From the human T2T-CHM13v2.0 reference genome, Homo sapiens: a DNA stretch of 64,000 bases. A program made the translations under genes and the position numbers. The notes beneath the pieces were generated by a model, which worked only from the letters and a program-made list of their open reading frames with translations, was not told the origin of the DNA and ran no database searches. Location: the NCBI RefSeq assembly GCF_009914755.1, contig NC_060929.1; one strand, given 5' to 3'. Shown here piece after piece: positions 25,810 through 41,584 of the stretch. The number at the start of each line of letters is the position of its first letter. Position 1 is the stretch's first letter.

Positions 25810-26770
25810 TATACTTTATTTTTTAAGAACAGTTTTAGACTTGCAGAAAATTGAGTAATTACTAGAGAGTTCCCCTACCACCTGTGTCCCAACAATTTTC
25901 CCTACTGTTAACATCCTTTTAAGTGTGATTGTTACATTATTATTATTAATTGAAGTTCAAAGTTGATAAGCTTTGGAACTCTGTCTCCTCCAAGTCTCAT
26001 GTTGAAATGTAATTGGCATTGTAAAAGTATCAAGAGGCGGAAGAGTTAAGAGTTATTTAAGCCATGAGGACTAATAAAGGTGGAATTGATGCTCTTATAA
26101 AGAAAGGTGAGTTTACTTCCCTCTTGCTCTCTCTTGTCCTCTCATATTCTGCCATGTGATGGCCCAACAACAAGGCCCTCACTGGATTCTGGCATCTTGA
26201 TATTGGACTTCAGTTTTCCTGAAGTGTGAGCCAATAAATTTTGTTTATTGTAAGTTACTAAGTCTGTGGTGTTCTATCATAGCATCAAAATATTGACTAA
26301 GATCATACTTTACAGTAAGGCTCACTGTTTATTTTGTATATTTTAATGGATTTTAACAAATGCACAATATCATGGATCCTACAATTAAAATATCATAGAG
26401 AATAGTTTCACTGTCCAGTAAACCTATTATGCTCACGCATTTCTCTCTCCTTCTCATCTCAAACCCTTGACAATTGTTGATAATTTTGTAGCCTCTACAG
26501 TTTTGCATTTCCAAAATGTCATGTAGTTAAAATTATATAGTATGTAGCCTTTTCAGACAGGTATATCTCACTTAGCAATATGTATTCAAGTTTTTTAAAT
26601 GTCTTTTTGTAGCCTAATAGTTTAATTTTTTTAATCAGTGAATAATATTCCATTGTACAGATGTAGCAACATTCGTATACCATTGAGCTATTGAACATTT
26701 CAGTTACCTCCAGTTTTTGATTATTAAAAACAAAGCTGATGTAATTATTCCTATGCAGGTTTCTGGTTTT
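25810..26770 (-). mobile_element. L1MC/L1MD-type 3' UTR, interrupted by MST LTR
   Basis: CAGTTTTAGACTTGCAGAAAATTGAG, AGTATGTAGCCTTTTCAGAC and GAATAATATTCCATTGTA. Confidence 0.7.
25964..26303 (+). mobile_element. MSTC/MSTD-like MaLR solo LTR
   Basis: CTCATGTTGAAATGTAAT, AAGGCCCTCAC, GTGAGCCAATAAATTT and GACTAAGA. Confidence 0.75.
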
Positions 26771-27239
26771 ACTTTAAAGAGAATTTGAGGATTTAAGAAC
26801 TTTACACTTACTCTAATTTCTCCAGATCTTGCTATCTTGCCTCTATTATCCATAATTTTCTCATAATAATGTCCTCTAACTAAAGAATCCTATATAGACA
26901 TAAGACTATGTTGTAGGCCCCTCTATTTAAGAAATTATATTTATGATATTGCTAATACATTTACTTGGTTTTCAAAATATTGATTGCTTTCGGAAAGAAC
27001 ATGTTCTGCAAGATTTGTTGAACTTCCCAAACTGATGACATTTGTTTGATCCCTAAATATTAGTACTCATTCAATTACAGTAAGGATAAGTAGTTTGAGT
27101 AATTAGTTTTCCTTCATATATACCCTGAAAAGAATAGCTTAAAATAAGTATCCATGTGGGCCAATATGCAGATTCGGTAACCTGTATCATTTTATTTTAG
27201 TTAATAATAGAAATAGGCACAATTATTAATATTATGTCC

Positions 27240-27602
27240 TGTATTAGTCCATTCTCACACTGTTATAAAGACATACCTAAGACTGGGTAAGTTATAAAGA
27301 GAAAAGGTTTAATTGACTCACAGTTCTGCATGGCCAGGGAGGCCTCAGGAAACTTACAATCATGGCAGAAGGTGAAGAATAAGCAAGGCACATCTCACAT
27401 GGTGACAGGAGAGAGAGCGATCAATGGGAAGTGTCATACTTTTAAACCATCAGATCTCATGAGAACTCACTCACTTTCATGAGAACAGCATGGGGAAAAC
27501 ACCCCCATCATCCAATCACCTCCCACCAGGTCTCTCCCCCAACATATGGGGATTACAATTGGAGATAAGATTTGGGTGGGGACACAGAGCCAAATCATAT
27601 CA
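27240..27602 (-). mobile_element. MSTA/THE1D-like solo LTR
   Basis: TGTATTAGTCCATTCTCAC...CAAATCATATCA. TSD TGTCC/GGTCC. Confidence 0.88.
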
Positions 27603-28856
27603 GGTCCTAAGCTATTATTATAAAACAAAAACAAAAACAAAAAACTCCTGTGGATTCAATTTTTATCCTCAGTTACTTTTTCTGGCCATGTTCAAAATGA
27701 TTTTTTTCTGAATGAATGGTGTTGAAAAAACTGAAAGAATATTGGTTAATGAGTCATGGGCAGAAGTGAATTGGTTTAAAAATAACACAGGAAACTCAAC
27801 ATTCATTCAATACCACATTCCAGAAAGTTTTAATGGAAACACTGAAGTCAGAGAACCCTAGAATAATGGCACCAGACTTAATAAAGAATTTGAAAACAAT
27901 TTGTTAACTATTCGTTTATGGTACCACAATAGCCTACTAATTGGCTTCCCCAATGTGTGTTTCCTCCTCTTTAGCCTATTATCTTAAATATAGACAGTGA
28001 TCTTTACAGAAATGTATATTTTATTATGTTAAATTAACCTCCACCTGAAAGCCAATATTTTTCTCATTACACAAAAAAAAGCCTAATTAAGATAGCGTAT
28101 ACATTTAAGTATTTGTTTACATCTGGCATTACTTATTTCCAGAAAAAAATGGCTCTGAGTTAATTCAATAAAAACATTTTAACCGAGTTGTTGCATTTGG
28201 TTTTATTTCAAATTTTTATGTCAGGAAAGGCCAATTCCTAATTCTCCCTACTCATTTTCTCTTATTTTTATGTCTTCGTTTTCTCTACCTTCTTTTTTTT
28301 TTCAAAATTGTTTTGGACATCTGTATGGATTTTTTTTTTGATTTATAAATTTTCTTGAGATGAATTAATATCTTTAAATGACTGACTTTTTCTATACATA
28401 TACATAACATATTTTCAGGTTTATTCATTGATATTAGGTTCTTACTAATGGTTTAGCACAGAAAAGTCTATTAAACAAATACTAAATTGTTTTCTATGTT
28501 TTAAAAGTACTCTAGGTCCTAAGTATTTTCTTCTTTTTAATACTTGAAACAATTCAGTTATATGTGAAATGTAAATATTTAAATTTTTATAGCTAGACAA
28601 AATTATTATCCCATTTAAGAAGTAGTTTACATTTTTAAAAATACTTTGTGAATACCAGTGATGTTAATTTTCATTTTTACCTTCTAATTGTTGGTATAAA
28701 AATACAACTATGAATTCAAAAATGCACCTAAAAATTCAGAAGATTGTTCAAATAGCTCTTCTTTTAATCTAGAATTATTCTACCAACTTAAAAATATTCT
28801 TACGAAGATATAGAAACTAATTTACTGGAGTTTTGTTTCCAAAACTTTAAAATGAC

Positions 28857-29388
28857 GTTGGGGAGTCACTGAGTGCAGGAAATGCTACCCCAAAATATGA
28901 CACAATAGAATTTGAGAGAACAGTAGAAGCGAGAAAGCCACTCTCATCTTCTCTCCACTATTCTCCCCTGAAGCAGGCCATACAATTCAGGAAACACACT
29001 CTCTGGCCTTCTCCCTCCCTTAATTCCTAATTAACCTCATCTTACAGGTTTTTTTACACCTGTCTAGGTGTCTTCCCTATACCTAGACAGAAAGAATGTC
29101 ACACAGATGGCAAGAAGTATCTGGACAAACAGACCTCGCTAAGTTCCTCCCACTTTGTTACCATTACATCATACTCTTTCCCCTCCAATCATGATTCTGC
29201 TAATTGTTTACAAAAATACAATTTTTTTCTGGTTCCTAAGGTCTTCATCTCCTAATGAAGGAGTCTGTGTCACATAAAATTAATTAAATAAATTTGCATG
29301 CTTTTCTCTAGTTACTTTTTTTAATAGGTATCTCAGACAAGACACCAGCAATGGATGAGGAAAGGGTATTTTTTTTTTCTATTGTACA
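28857..29388 (+). mobile_element. MER34/MER39-family ERV1 solo LTR
   Basis: ACCCCAAAATATG, GAATCTG/AACAGAC-like motif, TTAAATAAATTTG.ATGCTTTTCTCT, ending ..TACA. Confidence 0.7.
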
Positions 29389-29926
29389 GGAGTCTGTTAA
29401 AAATAAGATGATTATTTAATGTAAAATTATAATAAAATGAGAAAAACACAAAATGACCCAAAGGAAGCACATAAAGATAAAGAATAATATATCTATAAAC
29501 TAAAATACAGAAAATAGCCAACCAATTTTATTGAAAATTTGCTAGTTGCAATGGTTTTCAGGAGTTCTTATCAACATTTATGACTTCACGTCTTCAGTTA
29601 AAACTCTCAGTGTATTTCTATTTGAAATGCAAAGTACATTTCTTACTCATTTTGCTTATTAAGGTGTAAATTTAAAAATTCTGTTGTTAAGAAACTTAGT
29701 ATGGGTCAGAAATAATTCTTTTTTAAAATTTTCCAATAGAACTTACACTTAAACTTGATTATAATTATTATTAATCTATTATTATAATGTGTTCTTTTGC
29801 TGATAGATATAAACTTTCTGGAAAATAAATCTGAATTATGTTATCTAGTATATAAGTTAAATTATTTATGGAAAACATAAATTTGTTAAGGTAATCATTT
29901 TGGTAGTTCTATTCGTTAATTAATGA

Positions 29927-30485
29927 AGTAGTGACATAAGCAATCTCCTACAGATGTGCATGTCCTAATCCCTGGAATCTGTGAGTATGTTACATTATAT
30001 GGCAAAAAATGGAAAACAAAGACATTGAAGATGGAATTAAGGTTACACATTATAAAGCAGGAAGATTATCCTTGATTATTTGCTGGATCAATCTAATTAC
30101 ATGTGTCCTAAAAATTGAAAAAAAAAAAGAGAGGAATAGGAGAGATCAAAATAATAAAAGAGGAATCCAGAGATGGGTAAAAGAGGTAATAAGGAGTAAT
30201 AACAGGTAATAATGACTTGTATCAGTGTTTGCAGGTTTGAAGGGCAACAAGGACTTCAGTCCTACAACCAACCACAGCAAGGAAATTCTTCCAACAACCT
30301 GAAGAACCAAAGAAAGTTTATTTCCTGGAGTCTCCATGGAGAAACACGGTTGTGTTGATGCCTTGATTTTAGCCAGTAAGATTCATGTTGGATTTCTGAC
30401 ATGCAGAATAGTAAAATAGTAAATTTGGGTTGTTTGAAGCCATCAATATTGTGTCAATTTTTACAGTGGCAATAAAGAATATACT
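29927..30485 (+). mobile_element. MLT1D-like MaLR solo LTR
   Basis: GTCCTAATCCCTGGAATCTGTGAGTATGTTAC and CCTTGATTTTAGCC..GATTCATGTTGGATTTCTGAC. Confidence 0.8.
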
Positions 30486-31364
30486 GCATTTAACCAACAT
30501 TAATAAGTTTTGCCTTACAATATTGAAAGAAACAACGTGAAGTGTTTTTCTTATTCTTACAAAGGAGAAAGTCATGTTTACATCTTTTCTCTTACCTTCA
30601 CTTTCCATGTCTGCTGCTGTGAATATGAAATACATATGCCTAATGCACCCAATGAAATAATGGGTCCATAATTGACTTTCATAAAGGATACTTATTGCTA
30701 ATATTAAATGCTTATTGATAATTTTCCAAATGCCTGACATTACTTACACTAGATGCTATCAATATAAGGTAAATGACTCTACTTCAAGAAGCCAGTCAGT
30801 TAATACATTTTTAGCAAAGTCTAGAAAAAATGTTTCAACTAGTAAATACATGAAATAATAAGTAGTAATTGGCATTCATATATCCCAATCTAGCATTTTC
30901 TCTGATACATTGCTAATAAAATCAGAAACTAAGACCATGAGAATTTGCTTTAACATTGTTAGAATTTTGCTAAATTGACAGCTGAAAGCACATGTACTAT
31001 ACTGGACTATACATTATTATTTGATTCTTAGTGTTACCTGATAATTGTATCTTTCTCCAGTGATGGTCACAGATAAGACTGATCTTCAGAATTAATTGTT
31101 ATTACTCTGCACACTTTGTTAGTCTAATACAATAAATTGGCATACTTTTTGAAATATCTTACTTTCCTCAGTGGGTAAAATTTGTTTTTAAGGTTTTCAA
31201 TAATTTGGAAGAACTCTCCAAAATTATTTGGTGTCTGAGATATTTTTCAAAATATTTTTTGGTAATTTATTCTATTTCTTTAAAGTACTGGTTCTAGAAT
31301 ACTAAACACTTTATTTACCCTCTCAAAAATAAATCAAACACATTACATAATTTTAAGATGACTG

Positions 31365-31750
31365 ATTTTACTTCACTTACGAGGTAATGAGTCAGCCTGT
31401 TACAGTTCCATAGATGCTGTCAGAAGACATCAGATTTCTGGATCAGAGACAAATAATGTAATTAACCACCACACAGCCAATACTAGCAATGTCATCAAAC
31501 TTGTTCAAGTTTCCTTTGCCCTGAAGTTCCCTAAGGTGACATGGAGGGTCAGTTGAAGCCTGCATGGGCGGTGTGTAATACTGAGCTTAAAAAATCTACT
31601 ACTCTTTATGGCAAATAAACAACACTGCACTTGTACAGAGAGACATTATCTCAGCTCTCAAGATTTCTAACTGTATAAGGATCAACAGGGAGAAATGGTG
31701 TTAGTGAAAGACTAAAACATTCTACCTCCCAACAATAATTATCTCTTAAT
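31365..31750 (-). mobile_element. ERVL LTR (MER74/MER88/LTR53-like)
   Basis: GATGCTG.CAGAAGACA..AGA...CTGG.TCAGAGACAAA motif. Confidence 0.5.
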
Positions 31751-31974
31751 ACAAATATACATATTTTAATTGTTCTTGTGCCCTCTTTTATTTTTTCTTT
31801 TTCATATTACTGTATCTTATGTATAAATATATTGTACTTCATCCAATTTTCTAAATAGTGTCCTGGTTTGATAATTTTTGTAATAGGATAATTTTGACTT
31901 TTAATAATCAAAAAATACTATTTTGCTTACTATGATTATTATATTCAAATTTTTATTTCTTTTTTATCTTACTA

Positions 31975-32460
31975 CTTCTGCCATTCCCCTGCTTAAAGCT
32001 CTTCCTATGCCTTTGGTGCAAAGTCAACTTAATTTGTTTAACTTAAATTGCTATCCCTGATCTCTTCACTTACTAAATTTTATTCCTTCTCATCTCTCTT
32101 TCCAACTTCCCTGTAAATTTTAGCAACTCTGAATTACTTTTAGTCTCTGAAAGTGTCATGCTCTCAATTGCTCTTTCCTGTCTTCATTCTACTTCTTGAA
32201 ACTGACTGTCTTGAAATTGCTCTCCCATTTCTTTTAACTTAGTTAAACCTCAGGCTTTCCCTTAGTTCAAGGCTACCTTAAGTCAGCCTCCTGAGGACTC
32301 CTGCGGTGCCTGTATGCTGTTATTTTTGTAACTGATGTTGCCTGGCCTGGATTTTATGTTCTATAACAAAGTAACTCAGACTTCTTGACCATCATCGTAT
32401 CTATGGTACGTACCTTGACAGTTGAGAAACAAAGTGTCACAAATACTGATCTATGGAATT
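31975..32460 (+). mobile_element. L2 3' region
   Basis: CCCCTGCTTAAAGCTCTTC pyrimidine-rich tract typical of L2. Confidence 0.5.
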
Positions 32461-33563
32461 AAACACTATTACATTCATTATGAAAATGTTAAAATATACA
32501 CGGTTGACCAAAATAGAGTGCCAGCATGAATTTGAGATCAGTTTAGAGTTCAGGTGTTCTTACTGCTGCTACATTTGCATTTACCTTTCCGACTTTTAAT
32601 ATTTTATACATATTGTTATCGCAGACAAATATTGAAATATTTTCTAACTGGCTGAATTCTAAGATATAATTCAGAACAGGAAAAAATAAAAATGAACCTA
32701 ATAATAAAATAAAATATTTTTATAGAGAGAATATATATATTTTTACTTTTGCTATGGCTCCATCACCTCTGTGGCCTCTAATTTCTGAGTTTTACTTTTA
32801 TCTTATGTTGACAATTAGGACAGTATTTGTATCTGATAATATGCAGGTTCAATATGTATTTCTATTTTTGTCTGTATCAATTTTTAATTGTATGTATTTT
32901 ATTTTTTATCAGTAAGAAGAGTAAAATGAAGCCAGTGCAATGCTGCCAAATCTCTATTCAGAGAGATAATTAATATCTTAAATGTATTAACTAGAGAAAG
33001 AAATGAAGAAAGAAGAAACAATTAAATATTCCACCAAACAAAGTAAAAACAAACAAACAAAAAATTAGGATTTTAAAATGGAAGAAAGGAAGCATCATAT
33101 AATAAAAGTGGATGAAATAAATTTGAACTTAAGCATTAAAAAATCCTCACATCTTTAAAATTAATTAATTTACACAAAAATAAATTCTTAGTTGAGTATT
33201 CAAATAAAAAGGCCCACAATAGCAATATCATGGTGATACAAGATGTGAAAGAAATTCTAAAATGCTTTCAGAAATGAAATAGTGGCAAAACATTTACACA
33301 AAAAAGGAAGTAAACATGTAAACCCAAGAGTTACAGCAGTGGAATGAGAATTACATCAAATTAATCTTCTCAACAGAAACAATTTATGCTGACAGATACA
33401 GAAACAATCACTTCAGTAATTTGAAAAAAATATAACAAATAACAAAACTTATTTTGCATTTTGAAGTCTTTGCCAAGTGTCACTTTATATGACAGTCTAA
33501 GATTTTAACATATATAACCATTTGCCACAAATTATCTCTAAGTAAATTAAGAGAAATGGTTTA

Positions 33564-34008
<445 letters not shown>

Positions 34009-34107
34009 CTAATACTAGCTGTTTGATATTAAGTGAATCATGTAAATTCTTTCTGCATAATATTTACTCATTTATACAATGACAATAAAAGTGATCAAAT
34101 TTGTCTA

Positions 34108-34431
34108 AAGTTGTTCTTTGGTGTCTGTGGGTGATTGGCTCCAGGACTCCCTATGTATGCCAAAATTTGTGGATGCTAAAATTATTTGTATTAAATACTG
34201 TATATTTGCATATAACTGACACACATTCTCCTGTACATTATAAATCATCTCCAGATTGCCTATAACCACAAATACAATGAAGTGCTATGCACATAGTTGT
34301 TATAAGGCATTGTTTAGAAAATGATGAAAAAAATTGTATATGTTCAGTACACTTTTATTACTTCAAATATTTTTGATCTGTGGTTGGCTGAATCCATGGG
34401 TGCTAAACCCACGGATATGGAAGGTCAACTC
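34108..34431 (+). mobile_element. MER2 (TcMar-Tigger non-autonomous DNA transposon)
   Basis: GATTGGCTCCAGGAC...ACCCACGGATATGGAAGGTCAACT degenerate TIRs with TA flanks. Confidence 0.85.
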
Positions 34432-34816
34432 TAATATCATCTATATAAAAATAAAATGCATTAATACCAGTAATGTAATTAGAATGATGCTATTAGAATG
34501 ATATAGGCAGTTTTGTATAAGTGTTTAGATAATAAATAGTCACATTGCTAAATAAATTACATTCTATAATAAATAATTTCCAACAATTGGTACTACAAGT
34601 CCCTCTCGAATGGAATTTGAGGAGATGGAGGGAGAAATGGAAGGAAATAAAAACAGGAAAACTTCATATATTTTTGTGAAGTGAAAATAATGTTATAGAC
34701 TTTTAAAGAAAAGTTTTAAAAAATTTATACGTTTAAACACTGGAAAAATAGAAATAATATGTTAAGGTTATTAGTAAGTAATGACTGGCAAGGTAACAAC
34801 AATATTTACTATTTTA

Positions 34817-36500
<1,684 letters not shown>

Positions 36501-36523
36501 ATATTAGAAATGACTGTAATCTT

Positions 36524-36832
36524 TTTTTCTTTCTTTTTTTTTTTTTTTCTGAGACAGAGTCTCGCTCTGTCGCCCAGGATCGAATGCAGTGCCGCGATCT
36601 CGGCTCACTGCCAGCTCCGCCTCCCGGGTTCACGTCATTCTCATGCCTCAGACTCCCCGGTGGCTGAGACTATAGGCGCTTACCACCACTCCTGGCTAAT
36701 TTTTTTGTATTTTTAGTAGAGACTGGCTTTCACTGTGTTAGCCAGGATGGTCTCGATCTCCTGACCTCGCGATCTGCCCGCCTCAGCCTCCCAAAGTGTT
36801 GGCTTTACAGGCGTGAGCCATCGCTCCCGGCC
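36524..36832 (-). mobile_element. AluY
   Basis: Full dimer. TSD GACTGTAATCTT/GACCGTAATCTT. Confidence 0.95.
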
Positions 36833-37180
36833 GACCGTAATCTTATCTACTTCTATTTCTGTAATGTTTCAAATGCATGCACATTTTTACAAAGTGACAA
36901 TTACATGAATGTTTGTTATTACCTAGAGCCCTGAAACAAAATAAAGCTAAAAACTTTATTTTCTAATTCTACTGAGAATTTCATTTAAAAAAGAAAAAAA
37001 AAGCAATAAAAGAAGCTTTTTTGCTTTGCTCTGAGACAGAGTTTCTCTTCTATGTAGAAATGAAGATAGTAACCCCTTAGTTTTCCTGAACTATACCCCA
37101 TAGAATATAGGGAGTTCTACACTCTTCCTTTAAATACTCATGGTAACATACATGTGAGCTACAATATTAGTTTATACTAT

Positions 37181-37289
37181 CACCAACCTAAATAACAGAG
37201 AGAGGCCCTCTAATAGAAAATTATATTTATTCTGGAAATAGGACATTGCAATGAGAATACGCATGTTATAGTAGATTATGTGTACATTC
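37181..37289 (-). mobile_element. MER65-type LTR 3' end in antisense orientation
   Basis: CAACCTAAATAACAGAGAGAGG..CATTGCAATGAGAATACGC is the reverse complement of the LTR end seen at 37280-37362 and 48980-49073. Confidence 0.75.
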
Positions 37290-37362
37290 CCATTGCAATG
37301 CCTGGTTCTCAAATAAATATTATTTTCTTTCAGGGTAATTCTGTTTGTTATTTAGTTTGACA
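37280..37362 (+). mobile_element. Remnant (3' end only) of the 5' LTR of a MER65-type provirus
   Basis: ATTCCCATTGCAATG..AATAAA..TGTTTGTTATTTAGTTTGACA, followed by PBS-like internal start. Confidence 0.75.
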
Positions 37363-37421
37363 TAAATAGTGCCCAAAGTGAGATTTGAAGAATAATCACT
37401 ATCTTAAAAAATCAACAATTT

Positions 37422-37713
<292 letters not shown>

Positions 37714-37768
37714 CACAACAATTCTTGGAACTAGTATAGTATTCTCTTGAGCCCTTAAAGCTATCCAC

Positions 37769-38066
37769 TTTTTTTTTTTTTTTGACAGTCTCCCTCTGTT
37801 GTCGAGGCTGGAGTGCAGTGGCATGATCTCGTGATCTCAGATCACTGCAACCTCCACATCCTGGTTCAAGTGATTCTCCTGCCTCAGCCTCCCGAGTAGC
37901 TTGGACTACAGGCACTTGCCACCACACCCAGCTAATTTTTATAGTTTTAGTAAAGACGGGGTTTCACCATGTTGGCCAGGATGGTCTCCATCTCTTGACC
38001 TCATGATCCACCCGCCTTGGCTTCCCAAAGTACTGAGATTACAGGCGTGACCCACCACACCTGGCC
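37769..38066 (-). mobile_element. AluS (AluSc-like)
   Basis: Full dimer. TSD AAAGCTATCCACTT/AAAGCTCTCCACTT. Confidence 0.93.
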
Positions 38067-41000
38067 AAAGCTCTCCACTTTGATGGCTCAACTTTTCTAC
38101 TCTGTATAGTCTTCTCTCAGGCCAAGAGAGGGCCTATTTGTTTTATTTGGGATTTGTTTTGGTTATAAGTCCACATTTATTAAAAAAAATCCTAGATTCC
38201 TCCTGGTGTGATAAAAGACTCTTGTTTTTTCTGGCAAGTACTTTCTGGTATAAAGACAAATGTCCTTCTGGTCTAGGTATTCCAGTTTCTTAGAGAATTT
38301 ACATTCTGACTCTGAGGCATTTTTTTTTCTGGTAAATTTAATTCTTTCTGCACACCTAATTTAATATTTTGTTTATTCTGCATGCCTGGATTAAAATTTC
38401 GTGAACACTTCGATGTTGGTTTGTTGATGCACATCTGTAAGTGATTTGGCTTTTTACCCTTACTTGTTTCTGAAAATCCTCCAATAGCAAAAATAAACAT
38501 TCTAAATGGTGGATTCAGGATGGCTAATTGAAAGCCACTAGGGGTATTGCCACAACCTGAAACATCAGTCCAATCTCCTGTTGATCCGTGACAGGATTTA
38601 TATAATTTTTTTAATCTCAAAAGATTAATGTAAAACTAATGAGATTCTCAAACTTTAAGGCATGTCAAGTTATCTGAAGATTCAGTCAGCTGTATTATAA
38701 CCTCTTCTCATGCATGTTTTTAAACTGATAGGCAAATTACATCAAGAAAAAAAATCAGAGCTTGAATGTTCACTATTCAAAGCCTCAAAAAAAAAAAAAA
38801 ACCTGCATTTATAAAGTAAGCATGTAGAACCTTCTAAGTTCTCTATTTATTTTTTGCCTACTTTTAATTTGCTGACTTTTCTGCTGGTGTTGAGATGAAC
38901 ACCCACCACTGAAGACAATCCAGCCATGGTTAAATGAATAAATAAATCTTAAAGGACTTTCAAATTCATGGCTTTACAAACAACAATAACTTCACAGTAA
39001 CCAACAACCTAGATACCTTTTGAAAACATAAATATAGGTTTGCCTTACTAACAGTTACTTAGATTGATGGAACAGTTAATGAAAACATTATTGTCTTAAA
39101 AAAAAAGACCTAGAAAAGTGTTTATATATTTACGCTTTCAGAACAAATAGGTCAAAATCTTAAGCTGAGAAAAATAATATGAAGTATCTCTATCTGACAT
39201 CAAAATTTCTTGTCTGTCATTCAGGGATCAAAAAGGAAAACAAATGAGCAAAAAAGTTAAAATAAAATAAAAAAGAACCTGCTGAAATGCTTACCTACTC
39301 TCATTGACTAGTCAAGGAGATCAGTTGCAAACAGAAGATAGATTTGTTACTGATTCAAGGCCATATTGAATTTCTTTTCTTGTACAATTCAGAAAGTCCT
39401 AGCTAAAATATAAACATTACAAAATGTATTGCTAACCTCATTTAAAATTGGAAAAAAAGGCTAAAATTGATTATTTAAAACCAACTATTTACCCAAAATG
39501 TTGCTTTATAGCATTCATTAGATTACCTGTAAGGGCAAACCAAGTTTTACCCATGTGAACATGTCTCACTTTGTCAAAAATACAATTTGGATCCAACTTT
39601 TTTTTTTTTATAAACTGGCAAATGTATGTAACTATTTCATGTCTAAAATTCTAATATGAAAACTATGAGATCTATGTGTGTACACATGTCTAGGTGTGTT
39701 TACACCTACATACATACATTATGTTGTATGTTGAGTCTACATGATAAATTCTACCACAGTTGTCCAGAAAGCTCTTAAGAAATTCAATTCAGATTGGCTT
39801 AAATAAGTGCTCAAGTAAGCTATATAGTAATAAATAGTCCAAATGATTTTTAGTTAAGTGACTTAAGTAAATCATAAATAAGCTTGTTGTATAATGGTTG
39901 CTAAGATGTCAATATAAATATCTTTGAAAAGTCAGCATAAATGTTTGCCTGGGTTTATTGGTGAGACTGCTTTATATTAGTGTCTACTAGATGTTTTATG
40001 GTGTCAAGTTTTGACACAGAAGTTATAAAACAATAAACCCAGCCTAAAACAGAATGCTCTTTGTGCAATTCTTTCATAAGTAAGACTAAGTGAATATTGT
40101 TGGCTTAATTTTTACAGAGCTATATCGTCTGAGTTATTGGCAAAATACCCATATATTTAAGCTTCAAGTTGTTATTTCTGTGAACATCTGATATTCACAG
40201 GCTATAAAAAAGATTCACAAAGGAATAACTTGAAATGATAAGCTTCATCTGATATCTAAGTTTTCATAAGTAATCTAGGAAAATAGTTAAAAACAAATAA
40301 ATTAGTTAAACCTAAATGGGATAAACATTTAAAAACAAACATGTCATGCAATTTGAAATCATAAAGTTATGTTAAATTAAATAATTAACACCAATTAAAT
40401 TCTTGGAGCATTTTCATATAAGACAGAAAAAACATAAACTACTGAACATTAATATAAATCTTGTTCTTGACTTGTTAAATTTTATAGAAAGATTAAGTTT
40501 ATTTGGGTCTATGAATACATATAAGAATAATTCTGTGATGGGGAAAACTGTTTCTAAAACTTATAAAATAGTTCTCACCTCTATAATAGTGATATGTGAC
40601 AGAGATTTGAAAATTTATTGCTTCCTAGGTTTTGCTAAAAATTAATATGTGTGTATATAAAGTGTACCAAAAAGCTGAAATGTATTTTTGATGAGAAAAA
40701 TTAAAAGAAAATCATTTTAAATGTATTCTTCATTTTAAAAATAATTATTTTGTCTAACTCAGAGGTTATTAAAAGGTTGTTTAAAAACATGCATTTAAGA
40801 AGGAAATAGAAACAAAATAAAGAGCAAGCAGCAAGTAGGAAAGACAGATGTGAAAAAGGTTTTGAATTTAAAGATTTTTTTGGTAAGAAAGGTTAGAAAA
40901 AAGATAATTTTTTCAGAAAAATAATCTTGAGAGGTAAATTTTTGTACTAAACCAAAATGATAGGTAATTAAGGAAAGAGAAAATATAGGACAAAGCAGAA

Positions 41001-41584
41001 AGTCTAAGTGTGTTGTCAAAGGTCTGCGTAAGTCATGATGAGGTTAGTAAAAGGTAAATTTTAAAAAAAATTGTGTAATCAAGTAGGCTATAGTTAAAAG
41101 GTAATTGTTTTTCTAAATTAATCTTTCTAAAGATTAATATTTGATATTAAAATACACTAATATAAAACCAAAAATGGTTTCCTATATAAAATGATAAGGT
41201 TTTCTTGAAATATTAAACTGCTCTTAGTAAAGGTACTGGAGGTTTTAATTTTGAATTTCCTTTTTTTTCTGTTTTACAGGATCCTTTTTTTTTCTTTTCA
41301 GTGGAACAAAATACTTTCTTTTATTCAAAATGCTAATTTCATTTCTCAAGAAAATGTTTTTTTCTTAACATTTTTCAGATTCATATTTCAAAATTTAGCT
41401 ACTGGCATAATTTGTTACATGTGATTCACAAGTCATACTTCATTGCCTTCTGCTCTTCTTTCTCCCCTTGAAAAGAGTTTGGATAATAATTCTCTGCATC
41501 ACCTTTTTAATTAGCTCCTGTAACACTATTCTCCCATTCTAAACTGATTCTTTGAACTGACACTGAAATGTGTATCTTAAAAAA

